Shown: in pieces, positions 24,020 through 36,900 of the stretch | How positions within the stretch are numbered: the first letter of the stretch is position 1 | Layout: each line of letters starts with the position of its first letter | NCBI GenBank assembly: GCA_013265495.1 | Contig: MU057640.1 | Location: forward strand, 815,303-879,302 | DNA: 64,000 nucleotides | Direction of reading: 5' to 3' | Source of the DNA: Vicugna vicugna | Taxonomy: Eukaryota | Position numbers and translations under genes: made by a program | The notes under the pieces: generated by a model | The model's database searches: none | What the model was told of the DNA's origin: nothing | What the model saw: only the letters and a program-made list of their open reading frames with translations

Positions 24020-24240
24020 CTTTCACAGTGGGTCCTGGAGGCAGAGGTCCTGCCATTGACTAGCCTTCTGACCTTGGAAAATTAACATCCACTCTTGAAT
24101 TTGCAGTTTCCTCAATTGTGAAGTGAAGATAGTATCAGTTCCTATCTTACGGGATTTCTGTGAAGATTAAATTAGGTATAGCTCTAAAGCCATGGTTTCA
24201 GCTGATGCTAAGGGTTGTTAACATGGTCTTCGTTATTTTC
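24020..24240 (+). mobile_element. MIR SINE
   Basis: ctgccattgactagc..tgaccttggaaaa..cagtttcctca..tgtgaagattaaat. Confidence 0.75.
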
Positions 24241-24449
24241 TACTTAGCATCCCTCATCTAGAGATCCCCTAAGTGGTCTCCTAGTCCCCAACCCTTCCTG
24301 CTCCATATTTCATCCACTTCTAACACACAGATGTGATTTACTCTCCTAGGTGGTGCCCATCCCACCCCACCCTACGACTTAAACACCTCTCGGTAGGACA
24401 GCAGGTAAGTGACTTCTTTGTTTCTCATGGCTTTTTTCAGACCATCCTC

Positions 24450-27020
24450 AGTCCCTCCCTCTTCCCTAAAGAACACTCAGCTTTGACTCCCATAACATCA
24501 GATTAAACCACCTGTACCCTTTGCTATGAAAGTCACATACTGATCCCTGAGTCCCTTCCTCCCATTCCATAAAGATTCACAACGACCCTCTCTAACGTGC
24601 TCCCAGTGGTGATTTCAACATCCAGAGAGCTCAGTCTTTCAAAATCATGACCTATCAGTTCCTTGATCTTCATCCTATCTCAGTCACTTATTCCTATGGC
24701 CATATTTTACATCTTATCATCACCAATATACTGGAACCCCTCTACAATCGCAATTTCAAACACTCCACTATCCAATCACCACCTCCTATATTTCCAGCTC
24801 TTTTACTCTCACCTCCAACTCAAAACTCCTTTGCCACTGGAAACTACAAGTTTATTGTAATCTTTACTCTCCACTGTTCTCCATCATCTCAGGTTCTCAC
24901 TTTCCTCCTTACCCAGTTAAAATTTAATGGTGAATCATTTTAGTTGTTTTCTTGTCTCTCAATTGATCACACTCTTGTACTTGAGCTAGCCTTTTAAGGA
25001 CTTGCAAATAAGTCTAACTTTCTACCTGACACATACCCAAATCAGGAAAGCTAAATGTGGCTGGAGAAAGACTTGCCTCTCTTTAAATTCATAAATGTTA
25101 ATAATAATCAAGATAGTCCTTAATGCTACCTAGCAGTCAAAACTCTGTTTCCCTAGTCCAATTGCTTTATTTTCCTAATTGGCTATTCCATAGCTTCTAA
25201 TCTCTCCCCAGTCCTTCAACATCTCTAACTTCTTTGCTTCCCATATTACTAAGAAAATTTAAACAATTAGAAGAAAATGTCTATAAGCTCCCAACACATC
25301 TTCATGCATATTTGTACCTCTGTGCATTTACTATGCCTCCCCTCCTCCCTCTGTGAATACCTGTATGTTTTTCTGGCTAAATCTACCCATATATCTGTGC
25401 ATCAGATTCAGTCTCTTATCTCCTTGTTGATATCACTCCTTGAATTTTCCCTCTTTCTCCTGCACCATTTTCCATCTTTACTGAATCATTCCCGTCATCA
25501 TGCAAACATACTGTCACTTTTATATTGCTTTAAAACCTATGTATCCTAATCTCAGTTACCCATCTAGACACCACTGCATTTTTTCCTTTTAAGGAAAGCT
25601 CCTACAAAGGTTAATAATACTCACTACCTCAACTCACTCTCCTCCCATTCTGACTTGAACCCACTCCAGTAAGGCTTTTTGCTCGCAATGTTTCATGGAA
25701 CATGCACTTATCAATGAGGTCAGTGTTGCTAACTTCTATGGTTGATTCTCAGTCCTTACCTTACTTGACTGTCAGCCATCTTTGATACAGTAGATCAACT
25801 CTACTCTTCCTTGAAACACTTTCTAGAAAATTTGGCTTCCAGGAAACCATATCCCCCTGATTTTCCTCCTCATCTCCAGCTACTCCTTTGCAATTTCTTT
25901 TGTTGATTTCTTCTTTCCTCCATGATTCCTGTATATTAGGGTATCCCAAGTTTTAGGACTTGCACTATGTTTTCTATCTACATTCACTCCCTTGGTAAGC
26001 TCATTAATCCCATGGCTTTAAATACCATACATATGCTGATGACTTATTTCCCAACTCAGACTCTCCCTTGGAAATCTAGACCCACAAACCCAAGTGCCTA
26101 CTTGTCATCGCCAGTTGAATGTCTAATAGGTCCCTAAAATTTAACACATCTAAAAAGGAATGTTTTGATTTCATACACTTCAATAAACAAATCTCCTGCC
26201 CCACTCACAGTCTTCCTCATTGAACTTAATGGCAACTCCATTCTCCTAGTCACTCAAGTCCCAAAGTGTGGCGTCATCATCAATTCCTTTCTTTCTCTCA
26301 TATGCTACATCTCATCTATCCCCAAACACTATTCTGCCTTTAAACTTGAATTGGAATCTGACCATATCACATATCTTCAATGCTGATAGCCTAGTCAGAG
26401 TCACCAGTTTTACAACAGCCTCCTACCTGGTGCTTAAAGTCCCAACTCCCTAGAGTATGCAAAAAAGAATAGAGTGACTCCATTGAAATATAAGTCAGAG
26501 CAAGTCATCCAAGCTCAAAGTCCTCTAGGGGCCTTGTAATGACCAAGAGGCTACACGATCTAGTTCACATTATCACTCTGACTTCATGCCTGTCATTCTT
26601 TCTTTTCTTCATTCTAGTCTAGTTTCCTCTTCTTAGTTCCTCAATACACCAGGAACATGCCTGCCTTGGACTTTTAGCACTGGCTTTCTGGAATGCTCTT
26701 TCCCTCAATATCCACATAATTCAATTCCTCATCTCCTTTCATCTTTACTCAGATATCACCTTCTCAGGGAGTTCTTGTTTGGCCACTAGTTCCAAATTTT
26801 AAAGACTCCTATCCCCTCTTCATACTTAATTTTTCTCCTTGGCCTTTATCACTACTGGAAATTCTGCAAATTTTCCTCATTAATTTTGTTGTCTCCTCCA
26901 CTAGAATCTAAATTCCATGAGGGCAGAAATTTAGATCTGTTTCATTTACTTCTGAATCCCCAGTGCCCAACAATGCTTAGAAAATAATAAATACCCAATA
27001 AATATTTGTTGAACAAATGA
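24450..27020 (+). mobile_element. Long L2 LINE remnant, about 2.6 kb
   Basis: Endonuclease-like remnant VTYSYGHILHLIITN (compare TH..GHTLDLVIT). L2 motifs include ttggcttccaggaaaccat, catggctttaaatacca and the 3' terminus ccatgagggcag..caataaatatttgttgaa. Confidence 0.85.
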
Positions 27021-27139
27021 CCAAGCATATTGAGAGGAGAACCAAATGCAACTTAACAGGAATAAAATAATTGAAATTAAACATCTAAACACTAGATTAA
27101 AGGTAAAATTATTTTTCAGAGAACAACACAATGTCAACA

Positions 27140-27256
27140 GAAGAGATATATGCCATGGTTCAACTTATGAAGCTAGCATAAATTTGGTACCCGAACCAGC
27201 AAGGAGGGTAAGTAAGAAAACCAACAGACCAATCTTGCGCATGAAAATAGATACAC
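27140..27256 (+). mobile_element. L1 ORF2 fragment abutting the RGS6 exon donor
   Basis: Translates [31 protein letters not shown], matching the L1 ORF2 motif FYEASITLIPKP..KENYRPISLMNID. Confidence 0.8.
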
Positions 27257-27262
27257 ATTTAC

Positions 27263-27362
27263 CTGTGACAACACTGGGGATTTTGGAGAGAAAGCTCTTG
27301 ACTGTCCTGATGGGCACACCCCCTGTCTTGTCATCTTGCATCTTTGTAATGATGTCTTCAAT
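27263..27362 (-). CDS. RGS6: RGS6 (regulator of G-protein signaling 6) internal coding exon, second coding exon, 100 nt, phase 0 to phase 1, N-terminal part of the DEP domain
   Basis: The minus strand reads ttctttaacctctttcag|ATTGAAGAC...GTTGTCACAG|gtaaat. The translation [34 protein letters not shown] matches the RGS6 N-terminal region as I recall it; the paralog RGS7 reads MEDVIARMQDEKNG here. This frame is not in the ORF track. Confidence 0.97.
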
Positions 27363-27702
27363 CTGAAAGAGGTTAAAGAAGTGTTATTGTCTCCCACAAA
27401 GTAATAGTAAGTGGTACCTTTTTAAATAGCCAAAATGTGGGAATGTGGATGCCAACAATAGATATCACGAAAAATCTCCACCTCAGTCAATAAACATAGT
27501 AGCAGCATTTGCTATGGGCTAAGTGCTGGGGATGGGGAGGTCAGGGGGTTATATAAAGAGTGTAAAGCATGGTCTGTAAGAACAACCCCTCCTTCCCCCA
27601 CCAGTTCAACAAGGTAAGGAGAGAGAAATTCTTGATGGGATCCAACATATAATTCAATATATATATGATGATATTCCTCTTTTTTCCCAAATTAGGCTTA
27701 TA

Positions 27703-27775
27703 TATAGGTTGAACCATATGAAATTGCCATAGTCAACCTAAAAAAAAGGCAATTTCCTGTTGTTTAACATAACAT
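27703..27775. mobile_element. MADE2 mariner MITE
   Basis: taggttgaaccatatgaaattgcca..ggcaatttcctgttgtttaacataa. Confidence 0.75.
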
Positions 27776-28554
27776 ATTATCATACTGTTGTTGGAAGTAT
27801 GCCTTTCAGACCAGAGAAGGATCCAGCCAGAGCCACAGAGGGGTAAAAATAAAAAGTATAAATCAAGACACGGAAGGTGCTGATCTGGAGAAGTTGAAGG
27901 ACAAGTCTCATGGTTGTAAATGATGGCATGAAGGTAGTCACTCTGAGCCAGGACTAAGATGGAGCAAGCACAGGAACCTCTCCTCTTGGTCGAAGGAAGA
28001 CCACACTATCAAGAGAAAGACCATGGACTGTGGCCTGGAGCCAGGTGAAATCTGATGAAACAAAAGACTGTGTATATACACTGAAAACAGAACAGAGAGG
28101 GGAGATGGACTACCAGGGATGTAGGTGCCTAAACTGGAAAACCAATTTGTAGCTAAGAATTTACAAGCCAGCTATAATTTCCCGGGCAGAAATCTTCAGA
28201 ATAGATACAGAACAACCTGTAACAAGGACATGGATCTTTTTGTTTGGTGAGTTGTGGGAGAGGATAAATAGAAAGAGGGAGAAGATAATGTTGTTTTATC
28301 ATGTTTTGTTTCCCTAAGCAATAGAATGTGTTTGAAATATCACGATGGATTCTCTGAGTGCTTCTATAAAAGAGTCATATAATTAAGCCTAGAAATTTAA
28401 AGCTGTAGTTTATTTAGTCTAATGCTCTACTATAGAAACTTGAGGGTGAGTTTCTCAAAGTCACATGACTCCCAACTTACTTGAAAGAAATAGGTATCTT
28501 GTTAGAGACAAAGTTAGGAAAGATATAATGTAATAAAAATTAAAATATACACAG

Positions 28555-28916
28555 TATTAATATATACCCAGATCCTTGCCCTGGCCTCATGATGGGCAGA
28601 AGTTCTGCTTGACTTTGGGGCTTGGCCTTGTGACTCGCCAGGCTAATGCGATGTTATTGAACGTGTTGTGAGCAGAGACTTTCAGTGTACCTGCCCAGTG
28701 ATGCCTACCATCTCCCCTTGACCTCCTGCATCAGAGAGTTGTTCCGAGGAAGGTGAGAGACATCTGAGGCAGAAGGGACCCAACCCATAGCTAGATCAGT
28801 CAAACCCCAGCTGACCTGCAGAACCGTAAGTGAGAAATAAATGCTTATTGTTATACGCCACTGAGTTTGGGGTAGTTTGCTATGCAGCAAAATGGTGGTT
28901 ATAGCTGACTGATACA
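28555..28916 (+). mobile_element. MLT1 (I/J-like) LTR
   Basis: gagaaataaatgcttattgtt..gccactgagtttggggtagtttgctatgcagca..gctgactgataca. Confidence 0.8.
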
Positions 28917-29269
28917 CAGGGCTCTGAAAAAAAAGCATTTATCAAAATTGCTGAAGCCACAACAAATATTTGGTAATAAGAATCAATAAATCTTAGAGGT
29001 GGGGTATCCTGGAATCCAAGCCTTTTAAAGAATGCAGAAATTCCACCTACATCATCCACCATGTGCTTAAAAATTCTTAGGGTCTATCCTCCCACCGTTA
29101 TGTCAGGCAAATTTGTGATAGCTGAGTTTGATTCCATGGCATAGTCCACTAGGACATTAGCTAAAAATATTGTCTCTGAAATTTTTTTTCATGGTTTCCG
29201 GAGAAATGCTAAGAGTACAGACCTACCAAAAAATTGGAAGTGGGCTCCCAGGGACCTTATATAAAGCAT

Positions 29270-29480
29270 AATGACAAACATTTTCAGAACACCTATGTTA
29301 TGATTAATACTGCCCTAGGTATTTTAAATAAATTATCTGATTTTTTTTCTCAGTCTTAAAATTTATTTAATAAAAATGTTGAAATTAAGGCTCAGAAAGG
29401 TTAAGTGATTTATCCAAGGACACACAGCTAGTAAGTGGCAAAGCCAGGATTCTTATGCAAGTCTCCAATGCCCAAGCTCT
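29270..29480 (-). mobile_element. MIR SINE
   Basis: aaggctcagaaaggttaagtgatttatccaaggacacacagctagtaagtggcaaagccaggattc. Confidence 0.85.
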
Positions 29481-30239
29481 GTCTAGCAAAGATTCACCTT
29501 TTATACTCAATGGCTCAACCAGCCTGCAGACATGCTATTCAGATACAAGGCACTTAATACCATTTGCACCGAAGGGAAAGTTTAGCTCAGTCCTAAGAGT
29601 GTAGAGGAGAGTAAGGAAAAATTGATCCAGATAACCAGATCCTCAACCATCTCAGGGTTTATTTTGGCCCGGTGACTACTGATGTCTTGCTGCTCAGCAC
29701 ATCTCTCTTTGTCCCAGGGGCCTGGTTGGATTTATCTTCTACTGGCAGATCACAGCTCCTGGGGTGGGAATGAAGAGATAGGAGATATATGCTTTTGTTT
29801 TCTTGACCATTCAGTTCCATCTAACTTCTGGTACCTCTTGTTCCTGAAGCAGAGCAACATCAATTTTCTGACATCCTTTAGTATGAAGTTCTGTATCATT
29901 AGGGAGCGTGGCTGGACCTAAGTTACACTGTGCCATCGATAAGCAGGTGGCCCTTATCTGACAGCCAAGCCATGCAGAGAAACCACATGGCCAGCTCGAC
30001 CAATTCTGCCTGGATGGCTCACAACCACCAGATGTCTTCTCCCAGGAGCTCACAGCTCAGCACCGGCAGGCAGGTAAAACATCCTTCCCAACAGCAGGAA
30101 AATGGAAACCACTGCACCACAGGGTGGGTTTTCTTTGCAGTGAGGACTCTTGTGAGGACAGTAGACTTAATTCACGGAAATAGCCATGGGGTGTAAAAGA
30201 GGAGTGAGGAGAAGCAATCCTCACTTTACAGACTGAAGC

Positions 30240-30410
30240 TGCAGCAGGACAGTAGGAAGAACACTGGTCTGAGGTCCAAGAGAAATGCCAGCCTCAGTTT
30301 CACTGGTTTGCTGTGTTGACCTTGAAGAAGTTACTTAACCTCTCTGGACTTCCCTTCCTGAACCTCTATAGTGATAGGCCTGGTGACTAAACTAAGATTT
30401 CTAGTCCTAA
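30240..30410 (+). mobile_element. MIR SINE
   Basis: gctgtgttgaccttgaagaagttacttaacctctctgg. Confidence 0.75.
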
Positions 30411-31614
30411 AACCTGGGAGACATCTCTGACTTGACAGGTACAAAGCTGTGTCTGCCAGGAAAGAACAGGACAGGCAATCAGCCCCTATGTTCACACTCT
30501 CCATCAGGCCAGGGGGATCCATGCAGAACCGTGCAAGGTAGGGGAAAGGTGCTGGACAGGGCCAGGGGTTTTGGGTGTTTTTAGAAATCATTTTGGACAG
30601 ATGGCATCAGAAGGCAGACAGAGATGTGATCCAAAGTGGTCTTGACACTGCCCCTCTTGGCCAGCTCCATCTCTGCTTGGATAGATGGCACTTCTAACAG
30701 AAATGACTAAGGGCCAGTATTAGTTTTGTTTGTGTAAATTAATGATCCAATTACTAATTTATTTATCTCCTCCAATTTTTCTTCAGTGGAAGATGAAAAA
30801 AACTTCAAAAATAGGCAAATTATGTTGCCATTATTTAAAAAAAATCCATCACAACTCTAGCAAAGAGGGCAGAGTATGCCTCAGGCATGAAGTTCTTTTT
30901 TATTGAAGCATTTCATCTTGACTTGGCAATCAGTTGTCTATTTCTGGCTACCAATGACTGTCACTTCAGTGCCTGCATTCATTAGAGACCCCTTCTGTTT
31001 TGGTGTCTGTAAATGAGTGAAAATGATTCTTTGACACATCTTATCAGCCCAGAGGCAGGAATCAGAGCTGGCAAATGATAATCATATTTCTTAATCCAAA
31101 ACATGCATGCTTCACCGAACATGCTCTATCCCATATGTGTTCCATAAGATCAGGCCATTTCTCACTTTTATTTTTAAAAACACAGCACATGGCTATTCTC
31201 AACTTTTGAATGTCCTCAGCTTCACTTAATGGTTTAGTGGACATTTACTGAGCACCTACAAAGCACTAGGCACTGTTTCAGTTCCTACGGTTACAAAGAG
31301 TCAATGAAAGAATCTGTTCCCCTTCATCATGGACTAAAACATTCCAGAAAGATGCAGGGATCTAGGCTCACAGTTAAGGATGTGATGAGATAGCAGAGCC
31401 AAGTACGAGTTCCAAAAAAGCTAGAAACACTAAGGAATACCACTTTTAGAGGCCCCCAGAGAGGCAACCATCCAGACTTCCTCCTTTTTTCTCCATCCCG
31501 TTCAACAGACTGATTTCAATGGCAGGAGCAGAATTTTGAGATTCCTTGTGCTAGCTGTGACAGTGATTGCAATGCCTGTTAATCTGTGCTCAGTTAAACT
31601 TACTTTTGAGTCAC

Positions 31615-32135
31615 TATATCAGCCTAGAACGCTTTTTTAAAAATACTTATCTCATGTTTTTCTTTTTTAATTAATTTTTTTCATTCTTATTTTTTATTGA
31701 GCTGTATTCTATGTACAATATTAGTTTCAGGTGTACAGCAAAGCAATTCAGTTATGCCAGCCTAGAATGCTTCTGATAGAAAGTTTAAAAAAAAATCCAA
31801 ACTCCAAACCTGGCGAGTTATTTTCCCCACATAACCGACCATCTGTATGTGGGTAGCTGCCGGCATTACTGCAGTTACTCAGTTCTACGTGAATCACCAT
31901 CTTGGCCTTTCCCTCATGGTTTCCAGATAGCTACCCCGCCTCTAGGCATCGCTTCAACATTAAAGAAGAAGGAGAAAGGCGGGAAGAAGTGAGGAGTATT
32001 GAGACAGCTGGACGTGTTCCTTTGATCCGGAAAAGCAGATTCTTCCCCAGAAAGCCCCAGCAGATCTCTGCTCTAGTCTCATTGGCCAGAACAGGGTCAC
32101 ATGGCTACGTGTGGCTGCAAAGGAAGCAGGGAGGA
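31615..32135 (-). mobile_element. MLT1 (J/K-like) LTR interrupted by a short L1
   Basis: tctcattggccagaacagggtcacatggcta..gctgcaaaggaagc, and ccctcatggt..agatagct. Confidence 0.7.
31635..31757 (-). mobile_element. Very short L1 3' end with 15-bp TSD
   Basis: TSD cagcctagaa[c/t]gctt at 31620-31634 and 31758-31772. The insert is a T-rich tail plus tattagtttcaggtgtacagcaaagcaattcagttat. Confidence 0.9.
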
Positions 32136-33468
32136 GGGTTAATCAACTAACACTGTCTGCCACAAAGACCCCGTGTTAAAGAACATTCATGAAAGATGCG
32201 TGGGCAGACCTTGACTCCGCTCCGATCTGTCCTCCACATGCAGCCTGCGTGACGCTCTTAAAGGGAAAATCTCATCCTTTAACTTCACTGCTTAAAATCT
32301 GTCTATGGTTTCTCAGTGCTTATTCTGTTACAAGCTCTTGTAGGATCCTTTGTCTTTTCTGTTCATCATTTATCACTTCAATTTGTAATGATATTTCCCA
32401 TTAGACTGTTTTACTTATCATTTAATTCTAATTATAGCCACTCGGTAAATACTGATTGAGCAAATAATTGAATGATGCATCAGTAAATGAATGAACGAAT
32501 GAATGACATGAGTACTACATTCTCAAAGAACTTTATCTTGGATTCCAGCATCGAATGGCATACTTAACATATTAGGGTCGTAGAGGTAGTGATATCTGCA
32601 ATTTAAAGTGAATTTGGTATTTACACTTTTAAGATCACTCTGCTTTGGAAATGTGTTCAATAAACAGAAATCTTAAGATCCCATGAACCTTAGCAGCAAT
32701 GTTGCAGGAATTGCTAAACAGGCCCGTAAGTTCCAGTTGAGCGAGGAGCCAGCTCCCGTGTCCTGGGCCTGACATTACCCAGGGGCAGTGCCAGGCTAGA
32801 AGGATGTTGTTTTGTCTCCTGGAAGCTTATTTTTATGGTTTTAATATTACCATATGTAGCACTTCATAAATTACTTTTACGGAAAACATTTTTCCCCCTT
32901 TAACTGAAGAGAAAAGCAGGCAAGAGTGGTGTTCTAGGTCAGTGAACAAATGGCTTGTGATGCTACTTTAGAGGAAATGACTTTCCTCTTGGCTGGAATA
33001 GCCAAGCCTTCGAAGGCATCGTCTCTCTTATATAAGAATCTATTGTTTGTTTGGAAATACGAGCGGAGCTGGTCCTTTAGGCAAGGCACCGAACAAGGAA
33101 TCTCAGACGGCAGAAGGCCCAGATACAAAGCAAATGAGGAAAACAGACAGTGACCGATGAAACATTTCAGCAACGTCAGAGGACCGAAAATCTCTCAATT
33201 ATAATCTCAAACTACCTGAATTTGAGTGTGCCATCTGCTTCTTATCGGAAACCATCCCCACCCCTCTTTACAGATAAACACACTGATACTTAGGGAAGGC
33301 AAACTGTCCTTGAGATTATTGGTAAGAAACCCAAGCAGTCTTGCTTCAGAGCAAGACCAGTGCCAGGGTAGCTCCCACGGAGGCGTTGGTTCACCTAAGA
33401 CTTTAACTGAGTGGAAGGAGATGCAGAAGATGGGGCCACAGTCCAAGCTTAGAAAGTTTAATGCACAG

Positions 33469-33917
33469 TGTGGAAGGCAGAAAAATGGTCCCCCAAAAAG
33501 ATGTCTGCATCCTAATGCTGGAACCTGTGAATATATTAACCATGACAAGAAAGACTTTGCAGATGTAATGGATCCAGGGTTTTGAGATGGGGTAGTTATT
33601 GTGGGTTATGAAGTGGCTTAGTCTAATCACATGAGCCCTTGAAAGGTGAGGACTTTTATCAGCTGCAGTCAATGAGAGAGAAATGTGACTATAGAAAAAG
33701 GTCAGAGAGATGGGACTTTGCTGGCTTTTAAGGTGGAGGGAGGGGCCATAATCCAAGGAATGTGGGAGACCTCCAGAAGCCGGAAAAGGCAAGGGAACAG
33801 CATGTCTCAAAAAGCATGCGATTCTGCCAACAGCTTGATTTTACAGCAGAAAAATCCACTTCAGACTTCCGACCCCAGAACTGTAAAATAGCAAATTTAT
33901 GTTTTGTTAAGCCACTA
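33469..33917 (+). mobile_element. MLT1D LTR, 3' truncated
   Basis: tgtggaaggcagaaaaatgg..ggaacctgtgaatat..gactttgcagatgt..gttttgttaagccacta. Confidence 0.85.
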
Positions 33918-36900
33918 CAGCTTAATAGCCAAACCAGCGATCAACCAGGAATTGTGGCTGTCTGCTTGGGGGAAGATGTCAGGGATGATGACAGGGAAGA
34001 TGTCTGCCTATAACCCAAAGCAACTGCTTCCATGACATTTTCAATTCTTCAGTTTTGGGTCCACCTGAGACCAATTAGTTGGGAGGCTCAGAGGTTGTCT
34101 CCAAGAGCTTCTTAAATGGGTCACAGCAGCCCATTCATTAACTCCAGTACCACATTCTACCCATGGAAAAACAAATACCCTTTTTTATTTCCCATCCCAA
34201 ATTTTACCTTGCCACATTCTTCAACCTAGCCTATCAAAGGGAATTGTACAAGGAGACTATCACCTGGCGACACAGCCCCAGTAATTACACCAGCACCATA
34301 AAGTGCTCCAAATTTGAACATGAAGACTTTCATGTTAAGTTCCTACAGAAATATTCTCATTTAACACGTACATCACCTGACTGCTGGAGAGAGGGCAGTA
34401 TCTTTGTTTCCAAAGAAAACTGGTCCATCCAGCATCCTGGAATATTACTACATATTTTTCCTCCTGGAGGGGAGCAAGAAACAGAAGACATTGTCGTCCC
34501 TCTGCCCCCAAGGATATCCTGGATTCTGGAATCACTCATCCTTTCAGACTCATCCTCAGCACCTTCCCCTACTCCAAGCTGAACAACTGAACTGGCAACT
34601 GGAGTACATTTTAGGGCTTGGAATCACGTAAATAATCGCCTCAAAAACCTGCTGTGGCTCCCTACTGCTACATTAAGAAATGCCACGTTTCCTACTACGG
34701 AATTCAAGGTCCTCTCTGATTTGGCATCCAACTACCTTTCCAGCACCAGCTCCCCAAACCCTTTTTGTTCCTGGACACACTCATCTGCAAACAACCCCTG
34801 GCCTTCCACCTTTGCTCATGCAACGATTCATCCACCACTGCAAACCCACCGAATCCTCGTCATGCTCCGGGGCCCTGCTCAAAGCTCCTCCTCTGGGAAA
34901 CGTCCTCTGATCTCTCCAGCACGTGCGTACATACGTGTTACGAATGCCTATATGTTTTATTCCCTTTTTCCACCCCAAGGATGTGAGGAAGAACCAGAAC
35001 AAAGTGTTTCTCCCCCTGCTCTAGTGGTAGTCACCATATGATTCCCCTGAGGACTTATTTTCTGTTCCTGAAGTTCTGCGACTTTCCCTCCGGAATGTAA
35101 CCTTGGGGCGGGGAGAGACAGTTCTCATCTCTGAAGCACCCCTGGTCTTCTGTACCTGGGCTCCACTGATTGGAAACAGAGAACAGAGAGGATAAAACTC
35201 ATGCCTTCAAAAGTCCCGCAGGGAAATGAGAGCCAGTCCTCCACAGGCCCCCAGGGTTTCTGGAGAAAAGCATTTCCAGGTGGAACAAAACAGGCCAGAA
35301 TGAAGTCTCTTCAGCAATTGGAAAACCAGAAAGCCCAGAGAAGCCTTAAGGAGTTAAAAGGAAAAAGGGGTCTGCCCCCAATGCCCCGTCATCCCCACGG
35401 AGGACGCCCACCCCTCTTCTGACAGGGGTGCCCGCAGACTGCCCGGCTCCCTCTGGGCGTCTTCCCAGCTGCCCGCCCCTGGGGCCACTGTCTGCTCAGA
35501 CCCACTGCGCTCAGAAGACCCCAGGCTGGTACCTCTTCTTGGTACCAAACATCTCACTGCAGTTGGCGATGGTGCCACCTTCCCCTCCAGAGGGATGGGC
35601 AATCCTTCTGGACACCCTCCCCCAGCTGACTGTGATTCTGTGCCTGTGGTTTCATCTGGCCCCTCCTGACCCACCCTGAGGGGACCCATTCTTTTCACTA
35701 TTCCCTCAGATGGGGGCTCCACTGCTCCTGATCCTGTCACTTTCCTTCCTGGGGCATTTTTTCTTTGGTGACATCATTCTTCAAATTTGCTGCCCCCAAC
35801 CACTCTGGTGAGCACAGGAGAGTCACCCCTGGGGGAGGGAGACTGAGACACACCAGTGTAGGGACCCCCCAGTTTAGCCCCATAAAGGCAAAACCAGGTA
35901 AGACAGTCCTAAAGGGGAAACAGGAGGCGAGTCATCGCTTATTCCAAGTACATTTGAGCACTCGCCAGGCGATACGTGCTGGGAAACCAGAGAGGGTGCC
36001 TTCCTTCCGTGCTCACCTTTCAGGGGGGAGGCCCCTCGAGGACTTTAAATGAGCCTAAGGAAGGAGAGGAACAGTCCCCAGGGGAGCCGTGCAGAAGGAG
36101 ATGCAGTCACACGGCTGACTTCAGGTAATTCCTGCCTCTACGCCCGAGGGCGCCCCTGAGCACTGCCCTCAGCAATCTGGGGTCCTGCTGGGTGGGGCCC
36201 AGGACAGCCCGGTCCTGTGTAGCCAGAGGGAAAGCAGCAAGGATTCCGCTTTGGGTGTCAGATCTCATGCCGCTCCTGCTGATAATAAATGCTGCTCTGG
36301 AACACCCCAGCCCATGGGCTGCTTTCCAGAACGCACCTCTGAGTGATGCCGGTGTACCCTTCCTGGTCTGTAACTGAGTGCCCAGAGGCTGCCTTCTCCC
36401 CTGGGGAATTTGGGTCCTTCCTCACTCTGCATTCCTGCATCATAAAATGCCCCTGCACCTCCTCACTCCTTGCAAAAAAGAAGCACAAGTTCCCCCTGGT
36501 CTTTCTGAATTGGCTAATCTCTCCCTTAAAATCCAGCCACGAAAGGATTAAACAGAACAGGCGGGCTAAGCAAATTGGGTGATTTTATTCTCTTCTTGAG
36601 GTTTTAAAATATTTCTCCAACTTTCTTTAATATCCACGAACTTCTTCTATTAATTTTAAAGACTGGCAGTTTATTTCTAAAATTTAAATGAACGTGCAGG
36701 CAAAAGCTCTCAGCACAGTGTCCGGCGCATAGTCGCTCCCAATTAATTTCCCCTTCTTCAGAATAGATGTAGTTTCTTTTCCCATCCGAAGCCAATGAGT
36801 TACCCCAGAAAACTCTACCACTCCCTTCACAGGCACGCGGTTGGCTCCTCAGTTCCCTGCAGAAGTCTCAGAGAACGCCGGCTGGGGGTGAAGAGGTGTG

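Larger units (their letters stand above)
1..27262 (-). other. RGS6: RGS6 intron downstream of the 100-nt exon (partial)
   Basis: Begins with GTAAAT at 27262. The next expected exon (TDIVQWLMKNLSIEDP) was not found in 1-27262. Confidence 0.85.

Noticed and set aside
27046..27366. 106-aa plus-strand ORF
   Set aside because: It is a chimera of an L1 ORF2 remnant and the antisense of the RGS6 exon, not a gene.
27173..27397. 74-aa minus-strand ORF over the exon
   Set aside because: Wrong reading frame of the RGS6 exon.
33970..34005. 12-bp unit repeated three times (gggaagatgtca)
   Set aside because: An ordinary short tandem repeat; the 23-bp doublet at 62072-62116 is the same.
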